A stretch of 64,000 bases of DNA from Deltaproteobacteria bacterium (GCA_009929215.1 SAAX01000004.1:1032-65031); one strand, 5' to 3'. Shown: positions 37,408 through 46,750, numbered from the stretch's first letter. Made by a program: numbers and translations. Notes: generated by a model not told the origin, from the letters alone.

Positions 37408-37504
37408 GCGCCGAATCCGGTCTTCGGGTCGCATAGTGCGACCTGTGCTATGGGCGGGGCCAAGGCCTTCCGCCGTTTAGGGGAACTATCCCCGAAGAGT
37501 CATT

Positions 37505-37581
37505 TGGTAGGAACGAACAGACTTGAACTGTTGACCCCTTCCGTGTCAAGGAAGTGCTCTAGCCACCTGAGCTACGCTCCT
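37505..37581 (-). tRNA. tRNA-Val (anticodon GAC)
   Basis: Hand-folded. Acceptor AGGAGCG/CGTTCCT, D stem GCTC/GAGC, anticodon stem CTTCC/GGAAG with loop TTGACAC, T loop AGTTCAAGTCT, and an encoded CCA. Confidence 0.93.
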
Positions 37582-37596
37582 ACATGGGCAAGAGGC

Positions 37597-37625
37597 TATA
37601 TAGCTACTCCCCATGCCCCCGTCAA
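37597..37625 (-). promoter_or_regulatory. Strong sigma70-type promoter for tRNA-Val (and possibly the downstream thrS operon)
   Basis: The minus strand reads TTGACG-N17-TATATA with a long A/T-rich UP-like tract upstream. The -10 box ends ~15 nt before the tRNA 5' end. Confidence 0.7.
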
Positions 37626-37816
37626 CACTTTTTTGTCACATTGCCGCAATTTATTGCAAAATAATCTTTCAAACTCGCCTGATCCGCCAATTTTTCAGCC
37701 AATATTTTTTGACCAAAACTGCGGGCATCAGCCCAACACAACCGCCCTGCCCGCCCCCGCTTGTGTCCTCACTTGCACCCTCACTTACGAAGACACGCAC
37801 AGGGGGGCAGCAGAAA

Positions 37817-39184
37817 CTAGATGGCTCCAGACTGGCGCACTTCTGCCAGCCAAGCGCCAAAACATTCCTGCGCGCGGGCAGAATACAGGGCTTTGCGGTC
37901 TTTTTTGCGGGCCTTTTCGCCCAGCTCTGGCACAAGGCCAAAGTGCGCGTTGGAAGGCTGAAAATGCTTTACAGGTGTGCGCAGATGGTTGAGCAACCCG
38001 CCAAGAGCGCTCTCTACAGGCGGGGGCGGCAGCTCGTGCCCACGGGCGCGGGCGTCGAGCAACATGCCCAGCCACAGACCGCTGGCGGCAGATTCCACAT
38101 AACCTTCCACGCCGGTGATCTGCCCTGCCAGGTACACGCCGGGGCGCGCCCGCAGCGAAAGATCCGGCGCCAGCACTTCTGGCGCGTTCACATAGGTATT
38201 GCGGTGCATGCTGCCAAAGCGCGCAAATTCCGCATTCTCCAGGCCGGGAACCAGCCGGAACACGCGAGTCTGTTCGCCCTGAGTGAGCTTGGTCTGGCAG
38301 CCCACCAGATTGCAGGTTTCGCTGTTGGCATTCTCGGCCCGCAGTTGCAGAATCGCCCAAGGGCGGCGGCCCGTGCGCGGGTCATCAAACCCCACGGGCT
38401 TCAGCGGCCCAAAGGTCAAGGTGCGGGGGCCGCGCTCGGCAAGGGCCTCGATGGGCATGCAGCCCTCAAAATGCTTTTCCTGCTCAAAATCGTGGGCCGA
38501 AACCTTTTGCGCCTCAAGCAGGGCCGCATAAAAAATGTCGTATTCGTCACGGTTCATGGGGCAGTTGAGGTAGTCGCCCTCGCCTTCGCCCTCGCCGTTT
38601 TCCTGCCCGTAGCGCGAGGCGCGGAACACCACATCCATATTAAGGGAATGTGTCCACACGATGGGCGCAATGGCATCGTAAAAATAGCAGTGCTTGGCAC
38701 TCAGCGTTTCGGCCAGCGAGGCAGAAATACCGTCTGACGCCATGGGGCCAGCGGCCAGCACAACCGCCCTGCCCTCGCCGTAAAAAGGCGCAAGCACGGG
38801 ATCGTCGAGCGATTCCACCTGATGATGCACAAGGGTAAGGTTGGCCTGGGCGCTCACGCGCTCGGTCATGGCGCGGGCAAAAGCCTCGCGGTCAACGGCC
38901 AGAGCCTTGCCCGCAGGCACGCGATGGGCGTCGGCCAGTTCCATAAAATCGCTGCCAAGGGCGCGCATTTCGGCCTTGAGCAGACCCACGCCAGAGGTAA
39001 GCTCGTCTGAGCGCAGAGAATTGGAACACACAAGCTCGGCCAGGTGATCACTGATATGGGCAGCCGACCTGTGGGCAGGCTTTTGTTCAAACAGGGTTAC
39101 GGAGTGACCGGCGCGGGCCAGATGCAGGGCGCATTCGCACCCGGCAAGGCCGCCGCCCACCACTGCTATGGACATGGTTTGCAT
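37817..39184 (-). CDS. trmFO: Methylenetetrahydrofolate--tRNA-(uracil54-C5)-methyltransferase TrmFO
   Basis: MQTMSIAVVGGGLAGCECALHLARAGHSVTLFEQKP... Full-length Gid/TrmFO-like. RBS AAGGAGA. An alternative ATG is at 39175. Confidence 0.93.
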   Translation of the reverse strand: MQTMSIAVVGGGLAGCECALHLARAGHSVTLFEQKPAHRSAAHISDHLAELVCSNSLRSDELTSGVGLLKAEMRALGSDFMELADAHRVPAGKALAVDREAFARAMTERVSAQANLTLVHHQVESLDDPVLAPFYGEGRAVVLAAGPMASDGISASLAETLSAKHCYFYDAIAPIVWTHSLNMDVVFRASRYGQENGEGEGEGDYLNCPMNRDEYDIFYAALLEAQKVSAHDFEQEKHFEGCMPIEALAERGPRTLTFGPLKPVGFDDPRTGRRPWAILQLRAENANSETCNLVGCQTKLTQGEQTRVFRLVPGLENAEFARFGSMHRNTYVNAPEVLAPDLSLRARPGVYLAGQITGVEGYVESAASGLWLGMLLDARARGHELPPPPVESALGGLLNHLRTPVKHFQPSNAHFGLVPELGEKARKKDRKALYSARAQECFGAWLAEVRQSGAI

Positions 39185-39398
39185 ACATTCTCCTTGCCGC
39201 GCAGCTTGTAAGAAAACCCGCCTGTTGGCAAGACCTGGCCGCCGCCCTTTGCAAAACCGTCTGTCAGCCAATCAACATGCACAGGCCCAATAGCCAGCAA
39301 AGCTCCTGATTCAAAACGTAAAAAGCGCCCCGATCTCTCGAGGCGCTGGCATAAACCTGCTCTGACATTTTACGGGCGCAAATCAGCACGGCACGGCA

Positions 39399-39683
39399 TC
39401 AGCATGCCCTGTCAGCTTGCCCGCAAGTTGCAAGAATTTTGTACACCGCTTTTTCAGAAAGAAAATAGCGCTCCGCCAGTTGCGGCACAGTCCAGCCCGC
39501 CTTGCGGCACGCGGCCATTTCGCTGTTTCTGGCAGCCCGTTGCGCACGGTTGGGAGCAACCTCGCCCCACTGCTTTCTGTTTTCTTCCTTACGGGGAATG
39601 TACAGATACTCCCCGTCAACATATTCCTGTATGGCCCGCAGCAGATGCTGCGGCAAAACATGTGTGGCCTTTTTATAGCCCAT
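39399..39683 (-). CDS. Small CD3324-family / Mor-like HTH protein (94 aa)
   Basis: MGYKKATHVLPQHLLRAIQEYVDGEYLYIPRKEENRKQWGE...GWTVPQLAERYFLSEKAVYKIL. RBS AGGAGGA. Confidence 0.65.
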   Translation of the reverse strand: MGYKKATHVLPQHLLRAIQEYVDGEYLYIPRKEENRKQWGEVAPNRAQRAARNSEMAACRKAGWTVPQLAERYFLSEKAVYKILATCGQADRAC

Positions 39684-39991
39684 GGTGCTTCCTCCTGCTG
39701 ATGATTCAGGACGGAGCAAGGGCTATTGCCTAAACATTCACGCTGTTATGCAATAGCCCCTGCTAAGCACAACAGGCAGAATCCTTGTAAGTGTTCATCC
39801 AATATTCCTGTTCGTGGTTTGTGAATATCTGTTTTTATACCGCCCACCATATGCCGTCAACGGGTTGGTTGCTCAACACCGCGCTTGCCCCCGCCGAAAA
39901 CCTGCGCTACTAACAACTGATGCACGACGATCTTTCAGCACAGCACGCCGCCAACCCAACGCAAGACGCAGGCATGGCGCACGAATCAGGC

Positions 39992-40462
39992 ATGGCCCCC
40001 GTGGACATTGCCTTTGTGCGCGCTGGTGCGCGTGAGCTCTACGCCCAGGGGCACGATGATTTTCTGGCCCCCGCCACCAGCCAGTCGGCAGGCATGGATC
40101 TGCGCGCCTGCCTTGAAGGGCCGGAGGCTGTCATCCCCGCCGGGGGCAGGTTTAAGGTATGCACGGGCATCAGCGTGCAGCCCCGCGCCGCTGGCATTGC
40201 CGGTTTTGTGTATTCGCGCAGCGGCCTTGGCGCGCGCGACGGCATTACCGTTGCCCAGGGCGTGGGCATCATCGACCCGGACTATACCGGTGAAATTCTG
40301 GTGTTCCTTCTGAACACCTCTGGTCACGAGCGACGTATTCAAAACGGAGAGCGCGTGGCCCAGCTTATTTTTCAGCCCTACGTGCGACCCCGATGGCGTG
40401 AAGTTTCGGAACTGTCAGCCACAGAGCGCGGTTCCGGCGGTTTCGGTCACACCGGGCGCTGA
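39992..40462 (+). CDS. dut: dUTP diphosphatase
   Basis: SAGMDLRA, GIIDPDYTGEI and ERGSGGFGHTG motifs. The start was set at ATG 39992 to match the usual ~155-aa length. Upstream in-frame ATGs at 39920 and 39974 are possible. Confidence 0.9.
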   Translation: MAPVDIAFVRAGARELYAQGHDDFLAPATSQSAGMDLRACLEGPEAVIPAGGRFKVCTGISVQPRAAGIAGFVYSRSGLGARDGITVAQGVGIIDPDYTGEILVFLLNTSGHERRIQNGERVAQLIFQPYVRPRWREVSELSATERGSGGFGHTGR

Positions 40463-40536
40463 TACTCTGCACTGGCCACCGCCGGTGTCTTTCATCCATT
40501 CCACCATTCATACGTTCACCGAGAAGGAGTTTGTCC

Positions 40537-41736
40537 ATGTCACAAGCTTTTGCCGCCGTGAAAGCCGGGGAAGAGAGCCTGCTCTGCCGTTCCTACAGCC
40601 GTTACCCGCTGGCTATCGTCCGAGGCAAGGGATCGCGACTTTGGGACGTGGACGGCAAGGAATATGTCGACCTGCTGGCTGGCATTGCCGTAACAGCTCT
40701 TGGGCACTGCAACGATGAAATCTGCGCGGCTCTGGAAGCACAGGCCCACAAGCTCTGGCACGTGAGCAACCTGTTTTATCAGGAAGAACAGCTCGAGCTG
40801 GCAACGCTGCTGCTCTCTACCAGCCACCATGGCAAGGCCTTTTTCTGCAACTCTGGCGCAGAAGCCAACGAGGCCTGCATCAAGCTGGCTCGCCGCTACA
40901 TGCGCAGCGTCAAAAAGCGCGATGCCTACGAAATAATCACCCTGGGCGGCTGTTTTCATGGCCGTACCCTGGGCGCGCTGGCAGCCACCGGGCGCGAAAG
41001 CCTGAGCCAGGGCTTCACCCCCCTGCCAGAGGGCTTCAAGCAGGTTGCGGCTGGCGATCTGGCAGCGCTAGAGGCTGCCATCACCCCGGCCACGGCTGCG
41101 GTGTTGGTTGAGGTGGTGCAGGGTGAAGGCGGCGTTGTGCCCCTGCCCGCAGACTATCTGCACGGCGTTGAAGCCCTGTGCCGCAAGCACGACATACTGC
41201 TGATGTGCGACGAAGTTCAGGCGGGGTTGTGCCGCACCGGCAAGTTCTGGGCCTTCCAGAACTATGACATCACGCCCGACATCATCAGCATGGCCAAGTC
41301 GCTGGCCAACGGCCTGCCCATGGGTGCCATGCTGGCCACGGACGAAGTTGCCCAGGGCTTTGAGGCTGGCAGCCACGCCACCACCTTTGGCGGCGGCGCG
41401 CTGGTTTCTGCCGTGGCGGCCAAGACCGTTGAAATCATGCTGCGTGACCATTTGTCCGAGCGTGCCGGGGCCCTTGGCGAACACATGAAGGAACAGCTGG
41501 CCGCCTTGCAGCAGCGTGTACCCGGCAAAATCCGCGAGGTGCGCGGCCTTGGCCTCATGCTGGGCATCGAACTGACGGTTTCTGGCAAGGATGTGTGGGA
41601 AGAACTGCTGCGCAGGGGCTACATTTGTAACCTCAGTCACGGCGTAACCCTGCGCCTGTTGCCGCCGCTGAATATCGATCAGGCCGATCTGGACAGTTTT
41701 GTGGCCACGCTTGAGGATATTCTGAAGGCTTTTTAA
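40537..41736 (+). CDS. argD: Acetylornithine aminotransferase (class III PLP aminotransferase)
   Basis: YSRYPLAIVRGKGSRLWDVDGKEYVDLLAGIAVTALGHC..., DEVQAGLCRTG, and the PLP-Lys region SMAKSLANG. ATG 40537 lies 7 nt after GAAGGAG. Confidence 0.9.
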   Translation: MSQAFAAVKAGEESLLCRSYSRYPLAIVRGKGSRLWDVDGKEYVDLLAGIAVTALGHCNDEICAALEAQAHKLWHVSNLFYQEEQLELATLLLSTSHHGKAFFCNSGAEANEACIKLARRYMRSVKKRDAYEIITLGGCFHGRTLGALAATGRESLSQGFTPLPEGFKQVAAGDLAALEAAITPATAAVLVEVVQGEGGVVPLPADYLHGVEALCRKHDILLMCDEVQAGLCRTGKFWAFQNYDITPDIISMAKSLANGLPMGAMLATDEVAQGFEAGSHATTFGGGALVSAVAAKTVEIMLRDHLSERAGALGEHMKEQLAALQQRVPGKIREVRGLGLMLGIELTVSGKDVWEELLRRGYICNLSHGVTLRLLPPLNIDQADLDSFVATLEDILKAF

Positions 41737-41815
41737 AAATAAGGCCCCTCACAGGGCTTTACAGAAGCACAATTGTACACTAAATAGTGCTCCCTGAAAT
41801 ATTCTGCAAAACTTA

Positions 41816-41850
41816 CGGCAACCCCGCTCTGCGGGGTTGCCGCTTGCTTT
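41816..41850 (+). terminator. Hairpin after argD
   Basis: A 12-bp stem cggcaaccccgc/gcggggttgccg with a 3-nt loop, followed by cttgcttt (a weak T tract). Confidence 0.55.
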
Positions 41851-41867
41851 ACCCAAGGAGTTGAAAA

Positions 41868-42089
41868 ATGGACGTTTTTGACCAGGCTACCGAACTGGAG
41901 CGTCTTGACCGCGAATCGGCCCTCATGCGTGCGCGTGCCGCTGTGGACCGTGGCGGCCCCGAATGGATCAACGGCGTGGCCTGCTGCCGGGAATGCGGCG
42001 ACCCCATTCCCGCCAAGCGCCTTGAGGCCCTGCCCGGCGTTGGCCTGTGCCGCGCCTGCCAGGAAGAACGCGAAGGCAGCCGCGACTAA
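41868..42089 (+). CDS. TraR/DksA-family C4 zinc-finger protein (73 aa)
   Basis: CRECGDPIPAKRLEALPGVGLCRACQ (CxxC-N17-CxxC). RBS AAGGAG. Confidence 0.85.
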   Translation: MDVFDQATELERLDRESALMRARAAVDRGGPEWINGVACCRECGDPIPAKRLEALPGVGLCRACQEEREGSRD

Positions 42090-42293
42090 AACCTGCGCTG
42101 CGTACTGCTGGGCCCAACCTCAATGGCAGCACTGGCGGCGTTGGCTTGAAAGATTGCCAACCAGCCGCCCAAAATGTGCATGATGACCGTGCATCCCCCA
42201 TATGGCAGAGATGCACATGCGGGCCTTGGCCTTTCTGTAATCATTCACAGCGCACGCCTTGACTCTGCGTCAAATTGGCTAACCACGCCCTCG

Positions 42294-42323
42294 GGGCCTG
42301 CCCATCGGCAGGGCCTTTTTTTT
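42294..42323 (+). terminator. Intrinsic terminator ending a ~230-nt structured 3' region after the TraR-like gene
   Basis: ggcctgcc-catc-ggcagggcc stem followed by T8. Confidence 0.75.
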
Positions 42324-42403
42324 CGCCCCAGCTTTGGCGCGGCAGCCGCACGCCTAAATTTTGCGCCCCAGCAGTTCTTCTTTACCGCCGTATTTGCCAC
42401 ACA

Positions 42404-42442
42404 ATACAAAAGCGCCCTGTCAGCAAAATACCGACAGGGCGC
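42404..42442 (-). terminator. Intrinsic terminator after the PiT transporter gene
   Basis: The minus strand reads gcgccctgtc-N11-gacagggcgc followed by TTTTGTATT. Confidence 0.75.
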
Positions 42443-42486
42443 ATACGGACACTCAAACCGATTTGTTGCGCAGCGCGCCGATTCGG

Positions 42487-43491
42487 TCAGTTCCAGATAA
42501 AATGCAGCAGAAAATAAGATATGTAGCCGATACCCGCCGCTGCGGGCAGGGTAAGCACCCATGCAGTCATCATGCTGGCAGCTACATTCCAGCGCACGGC
42601 TGAAAGCCGCTTGGTGGAGCCCACGCCAAAAATGCAGGCCGAAATGGTGTGCGTGGTGCTGACCGGCGCGCCCATGAGCGATGCCCCGGTAATTACCATG
42701 GCAGCGGCGCTTTCAGCAGCAAAGCCGTGCACTGGCTCAAGCTTGAAGATGCGGTGCCCCATGGTTTTAACGATCTTCCAGCCGCCCACGGCCGTGCCAA
42801 GGGCCATGGCCCCCGCGCACGAAAGCTTAACCCACATGGGCACTTCCACAGTGTCGATCTTGCCAAAAATCAGCAGGGCGAGCGTGACGATACCCATGGT
42901 TTTTTGCGCATCGTTGAGGCCGTGGCTCGTGGCCATAAAGGCGGCAGATACAAGCTGCAACCGCCTGAACGATGCATTGACCGTGCGCCGGTGTATTCGC
43001 CCGCAAATCCAGAAAATAAGCCACATGCAACCAAAGCCCATCACATAACCGGCCAGGGGCGAGGCCACCAGCGGAACCAGCACCTTGTCCCAAATGCCCT
43101 TGACGTTCAGGGCGCTGAATCCCGCATCGGCCACGGCCGCGCCGATAAGCCCGCCAATGAGCGCGTGCGACGAAGACGAAGGGATGCCGAAATACCAGGT
43201 TATGCAGTTCCAGGCGATGGCCCCCACAAGGGCCGCCAGCACAAGAACATGGCTGCCCTCAACAACCTGCGGCAACACAATGCCGCTGCCAAGGGTTTTG
43301 GCCACCTCTGTACCCAGCAATGCCCCGCCAAGATTCAACAGCGCCGCTGCCCCCACCGCAAAACGCGGCGTAACCACCTTGGTGGAAACCACGGTGGCAA
43401 TGGCATTGGCGCAGTCGTGCGCGCCATTGGTGAAGTCGAACACCAGGGCCACCAGCACGATGAGCGCCAGCAGCACGGGGATATCAAACAT
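42487..43491 (-). CDS. Inorganic phosphate transporter, PiT family
   Basis: FDFTNGAHDCANAIATVV and the repeated C-terminal PVSTTHTISACIFGVG motif. The protein is polytopic. Confidence 0.92.
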   Translation of the reverse strand: MFDIPVLLALIVLVALVFDFTNGAHDCANAIATVVSTKVVTPRFAVGAAALLNLGGALLGTEVAKTLGSGIVLPQVVEGSHVLVLAALVGAIAWNCITWYFGIPSSSSHALIGGLIGAAVADAGFSALNVKGIWDKVLVPLVASPLAGYVMGFGCMWLIFWICGRIHRRTVNASFRRLQLVSAAFMATSHGLNDAQKTMGIVTLALLIFGKIDTVEVPMWVKLSCAGAMALGTAVGGWKIVKTMGHRIFKLEPVHGFAAESAAAMVITGASLMGAPVSTTHTISACIFGVGSTKRLSAVRWNVAASMMTAWVLTLPAAAGIGYISYFLLHFIWN

Positions 43492-44113
43492 TTTTCAGCA
43501 CCGCTTCTTCAATGGTTTCGGCCAGGGCATTGACCTGCTCAAGCAGAATATTCATGCGCTCGTAAGCCTGGCTCCATTTGAGCACCCGCATGAGGGCCTT
43601 GCTTGTGAGTTCCTGATGTTCGTCCATCAGTTCTGCCAGCCCAACGGCCAGCACCATATCGCATTCGCTGCGAAGCCCGCGAAAGGCGCGGGTTTTATGG
43701 CAGTCGCGCCTGTTGGCGAGGCCTTGAAGCATTTCATTGGTCAGGTCGAGCATGGCGCTGATGGTGCGCGCCATTTGCAGGGCGGGAAAGCGGATGGAGG
43801 CAAATTCAAAAATATGCAACCGCGTGCTCAGGCTGTGCAGGCAGTCCATGCACTCTTCCTGCTCCTGGTTGATACGCAGGATGTCCTCGCGGTCAATGGG
43901 CGTGATAAAGGTCTGCGAAAGAGCCCGGATGATCTTACTGTGCAGCAGGTCGGCCTCTTCTTCCAGAAAGGCTATTTCCTTGTGCACATGGTCCATGTTG
44001 GAAACGTCTTCCAGCATGTTTACCAGCAGGGCGGCCATGCGGCGCAGCAGATCGTTCTGCTCGGTGAGCATGGAAAAAAACGGGGCGGATTTGGGCAATA
44101 GGGCAGGAAACAT
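43484..44113 (-). CDS. DUF47 / TIGR00153-family PhoU-like phosphate transport regulator
   Basis: MFPALLPKSAPFFSMLTEQ...EEEADLLHSKIIRALSQTFITPIDREDI. There is an 8-nt overlap with the PiT start. RBS AAGGAGA. Confidence 0.85.
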   Translation of the reverse strand: MFPALLPKSAPFFSMLTEQNDLLRRMAALLVNMLEDVSNMDHVHKEIAFLEEEADLLHSKIIRALSQTFITPIDREDILRINQEQEECMDCLHSLSTRLHIFEFASIRFPALQMARTISAMLDLTNEMLQGLANRRDCHKTRAFRGLRSECDMVLAVGLAELMDEHQELTSKALMRVLKWSQAYERMNILLEQVNALAETIEEAVLKNV

Positions 44114-44480
44114 CCCTTCTCCTTAAAGCTGGTTGCGGGCGCTGCGCGCCACCAAATGGTAGCTGCCCCGCACAGGCAGACCTGTGCTGTTCAGCTGTGA
44201 CGAATACGACACCGTTTCGTCATCTGTTTGACCTAATCCATTTATACCGGGCAGAAGTTTGTGCCAAGAGAAAACAGGGGGACAAATTGAACTTTTCAAT
44301 TTTTCAAAAATAAATCAAATCATGGTAGCATGTTATCAAAAGATTTTTTTGCCGTTTTTCCGCTGCTGCCGCTGATTTTCGACCTTTTTTCGGCCTATGG
44401 ATTGATTGATCAATCTATAGCCGGAACAAGCCTTGTGCGCGGCACGCTGCCTAAGACGGCGTGCCCGCTGCCGAACGCAG

Positions 44481-45554
44481 TCAGTACCCGGTGTTGAGCC
44501 ATTCCAGCGCGCGCCGTGCGGCGGGCTCTGGCAAAAATGTCCAGGGAGGCGGCACAATGCAGGTTGCGCCCGGAAGGGTCAGGCAACCGTGGTGTAAAAA
44601 GAATACAGAGGGGGATGCGTCAGCGTCTTCATCGGCGCTGGCAAAGCCGTACAGGGGGTCATTCCACAGGGGATGCCCAAAAGAAGCGGCATGGGCGCGT
44701 ATCTGATGGCGCGCGCCACGGCGGATGCGACAGCCCGCAAGGGTCAGGCCCACGCGGTGGAATTGCGAATCCTCGTCAAACGCGGGCAGGTTCAGCTCTG
44801 GCCCGTCAAAATAGTACAAGGGGAAAAATTCTGTCCAGCGCGTACGGCCCGTGTCGCGTTCCAGCACCCTGCTTTTGTTGCGCTTGTCTGTGCGCAAGGC
44901 GCGCCTGACCGTAAAGTCTTCTTCAAGCCGCCCTGCCAGCAGGGCCACATAGCGTTTTTCGCAGTGGCCGGCCACTTCGAGTCGGCGAAAGTCATCCGCT
45001 GCTTCGGGGCTGAAAGCCCCGCACACCAGACCAGATGTGCCGTGGTCAAGCCGCTGGAGCAATTGGGGGCAGGAGCCCGCCAAAGAATCTACTGAACTGG
45101 CAAGCAGTTGCGGCAACATTCCTTCGAGGCTTGGAGCCGTGCCCCCCACCAAAGCAGCCGTGTGCAGCCCTGCGGGCTTGAAGAAAAAACACAGCTCGCC
45201 CTGTACCGCCAGCAGGCGGGGTTCGCACTGATTGCTGTCCATGCCGGGAGCGCACGCGGCGCTCTGCTCCTCGGTTTCCGCCAGGGGTGCGACGTCTTTC
45301 GGTTCCTGCACAGCATCCTGCAAGATTACCACATCCCCCTTGCGCAGGCGCTGGGCCGCACTACAGGCGCGGCCATTGACCAGCACCAGGCCGTTTTCAA
45401 TGCAGCGTTTGCGGCCCCGCAAACCCATCTGGGGCAAAAGCAGGCTCAGGGCAAAATCGAGCCGCTGGCCCACCATATTTTGGCTTTCTGCCTCAAACTG
45501 TGTTGGCGTCAGCGAGGGCGCGGCGGAATCTGTAGATGAAATATCGTTGCTCAC
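44481..45554 (-). CDS. RluA/RluD-family pseudouridine synthase with an S4-like N-terminal domain
   Basis: GQRLDFALSLLL...NGRACSAAQRLRKGDVV (S4-like), QRLDHGTSGLV (catalytic Asp motif), and GARHQIRAHAASFGHPLWNDPLYG. The GTG start overlaps the upstream TGA (GTGA). An alternative ATG is at 45476. Confidence 0.85.
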   Translation of the reverse strand: MSNDISSTDSAAPSLTPTQFEAESQNMVGQRLDFALSLLLPQMGLRGRKRCIENGLVLVNGRACSAAQRLRKGDVVILQDAVQEPKDVAPLAETEEQSAACAPGMDSNQCEPRLLAVQGELCFFFKPAGLHTAALVGGTAPSLEGMLPQLLASSVDSLAGSCPQLLQRLDHGTSGLVCGAFSPEAADDFRRLEVAGHCEKRYVALLAGRLEEDFTVRRALRTDKRNKSRVLERDTGRTRWTEFFPLYYFDGPELNLPAFDEDSQFHRVGLTLAGCRIRRGARHQIRAHAASFGHPLWNDPLYGFASADEDADASPSVFFLHHGCLTLPGATCIVPPPWTFLPEPAARRALEWLNTGY

Positions 45555-46750
45555 AGGGTCACCGAACTGCCGGGCACAAGTTCCAGCAGGGCTTTGGCGG
45601 TTAGTTCCGGCACATGGCGCTGGGGATCGTTTTCGTTCACCAGGTCTTTTTCCACCAATCGCACGCCCATACGGGCCAGAGCCGTGCGCTCGTCGTCGTC
45701 CAGCCCGCCCTCATAGCGGCCATGCAGGGTATCTACCAGTACGGTATGCAGCAGTGCTTCGCTGGGCGCATCGGGCGCATCCTCGCGCAGATGGCGCAAA
45801 ATCATGGCCGCCTGCCCTGCCACCGTAAGCCCGTGCAGCTCTGCGTCTGTGCCAGTGTTGGGAATAAAAATCTTGGGGCACGAAACAGCGGCAATGGCCT
45901 TGCCCACGTTTTGCGGCAGCAGGTTGGCCAGCACGCTGGTGTAAAAGCTGCCCATGGGATAGCAAATGGCCCCCGCAGAGCGCAGGTAGGCCGCCGAAGC
46001 GGGCGCAAGCGGAGGGCGGCACGGGGTTTGCGGCTTCTTTGAGCCGTCATGGTTGCGGTCGGGCTCGTGCACGGTCAAAAACAGCCGCCGCACCGCAACG
46101 CTCAAATTTTTAAAATGGTGCTGCCCTATCACAATCGAGCCGTCTTCCAGCTCTGCCGCCAGGTGCAGGCTTTCGCTCACAATGGGCAAAACCACGCCAC
46201 GCGTTTGCAAAAGGCGGCTCAAAAAGGCCAGCACCGGGCCAAAAACGCGTTTGTGGTGCAGATAGCCGCCAGCCAGAATCAGGTTGCCCACGCAGGCCCG
46301 AAAGGGGTCAAAATCGTCGGGCATGCGCTGCAAAAAAAAGTTGAAATGCAAGCGCAGGGCATCGGCAAACAGGGGGGGCATATCTGCCCAAACGGGGTGC
46401 GTTTCGCTGCCCATGCTGCGCAGCTGTTGCCGCAACGGCTCTGGATCAGCATGCTCTTCACAGTTATCCGGCAATCTGCTGGCGCAGAATGCCATGACTG
46501 CGGCTGGCACAACGGCGCTGTCGGCAAGGGCCAGCAGGCGGTTGCGAATATCACCCACGGCGGGCATGGCAAAAGAACGCCGCAGGGCGGCAGAACTGCC
46601 GCCGGAATCAAAGGGCGTTACCAGATGAACAGAATTGTGCGTGTAGTGGATCAGTTGGCGGCTAAGGTCGCGCAGGGCCGTACCGCCCGTAAAAAAAACA
46701 AGTCGTGGACCCAATGGCGGAAAACAGAAAGGCGAAGAATTTTCGCTCAC
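45551..46750 (-). CDS. CofD/YvcK (UPF0052)-family protein, divergent subgroup (399 aa)
   Basis: RLVFFTGGTALRDLSRQL...HLVTPFDSGGSSAALRRSFAMPAVGDIRNRLLALAD matches the GGTG...DDGGSSG...GDxRN signature of the family. The start is set at GTG 46750 (GGAG 6 nt upstream), overlapping the upstream TGA. The longer track ORF would overlap 59 codons of the exonuclease gene. Confidence 0.75.
   Translation of the reverse strand: MSENSSPFCFPPLGPRLVFFTGGTALRDLSRQLIHYTHNSVHLVTPFDSGGSSAALRRSFAMPAVGDIRNRLLALADSAVVPAAVMAFCASRLPDNCEEHADPEPLRQQLRSMGSETHPVWADMPPLFADALRLHFNFFLQRMPDDFDPFRACVGNLILAGGYLHHKRVFGPVLAFLSRLLQTRGVVLPIVSESLHLAAELEDGSIVIGQHHFKNLSVAVRRLFLTVHEPDRNHDGSKKPQTPCRPPLAPASAAYLRSAGAICYPMGSFYTSVLANLLPQNVGKAIAAVSCPKIFIPNTGTDAELHGLTVAGQAAMILRHLREDAPDAPSEALLHTVLVDTLHGRYEGGLDDDERTALARMGVRLVEKDLVNENDPQRHVPELTAKALLELVPGSSVTL

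Noticed and set aside
35215-37992. A 925-aa plus-strand ORF, the longest in the track.
   Set aside because: It runs antisense across infC, thrS, tRNA-Val and its promoter. The translation is Arg/Ala/Gly/His-rich nonsense with no family motifs. The opposite strand carries unmistakable ThrRS and IF-3 sequences. This is a typical GC-driven shadow ORF.
44251-44266. Sigma54-like element TGGCAC-AAACT-TCTGC (minus strand) upstream of the DUF47-PiT operon.
   Set aside because: The GG-to-GC spacing is one nucleotide too long for the strict -24/-12 geometry, and the -12 element (TCTGC) is poor. It is kept only as a note.
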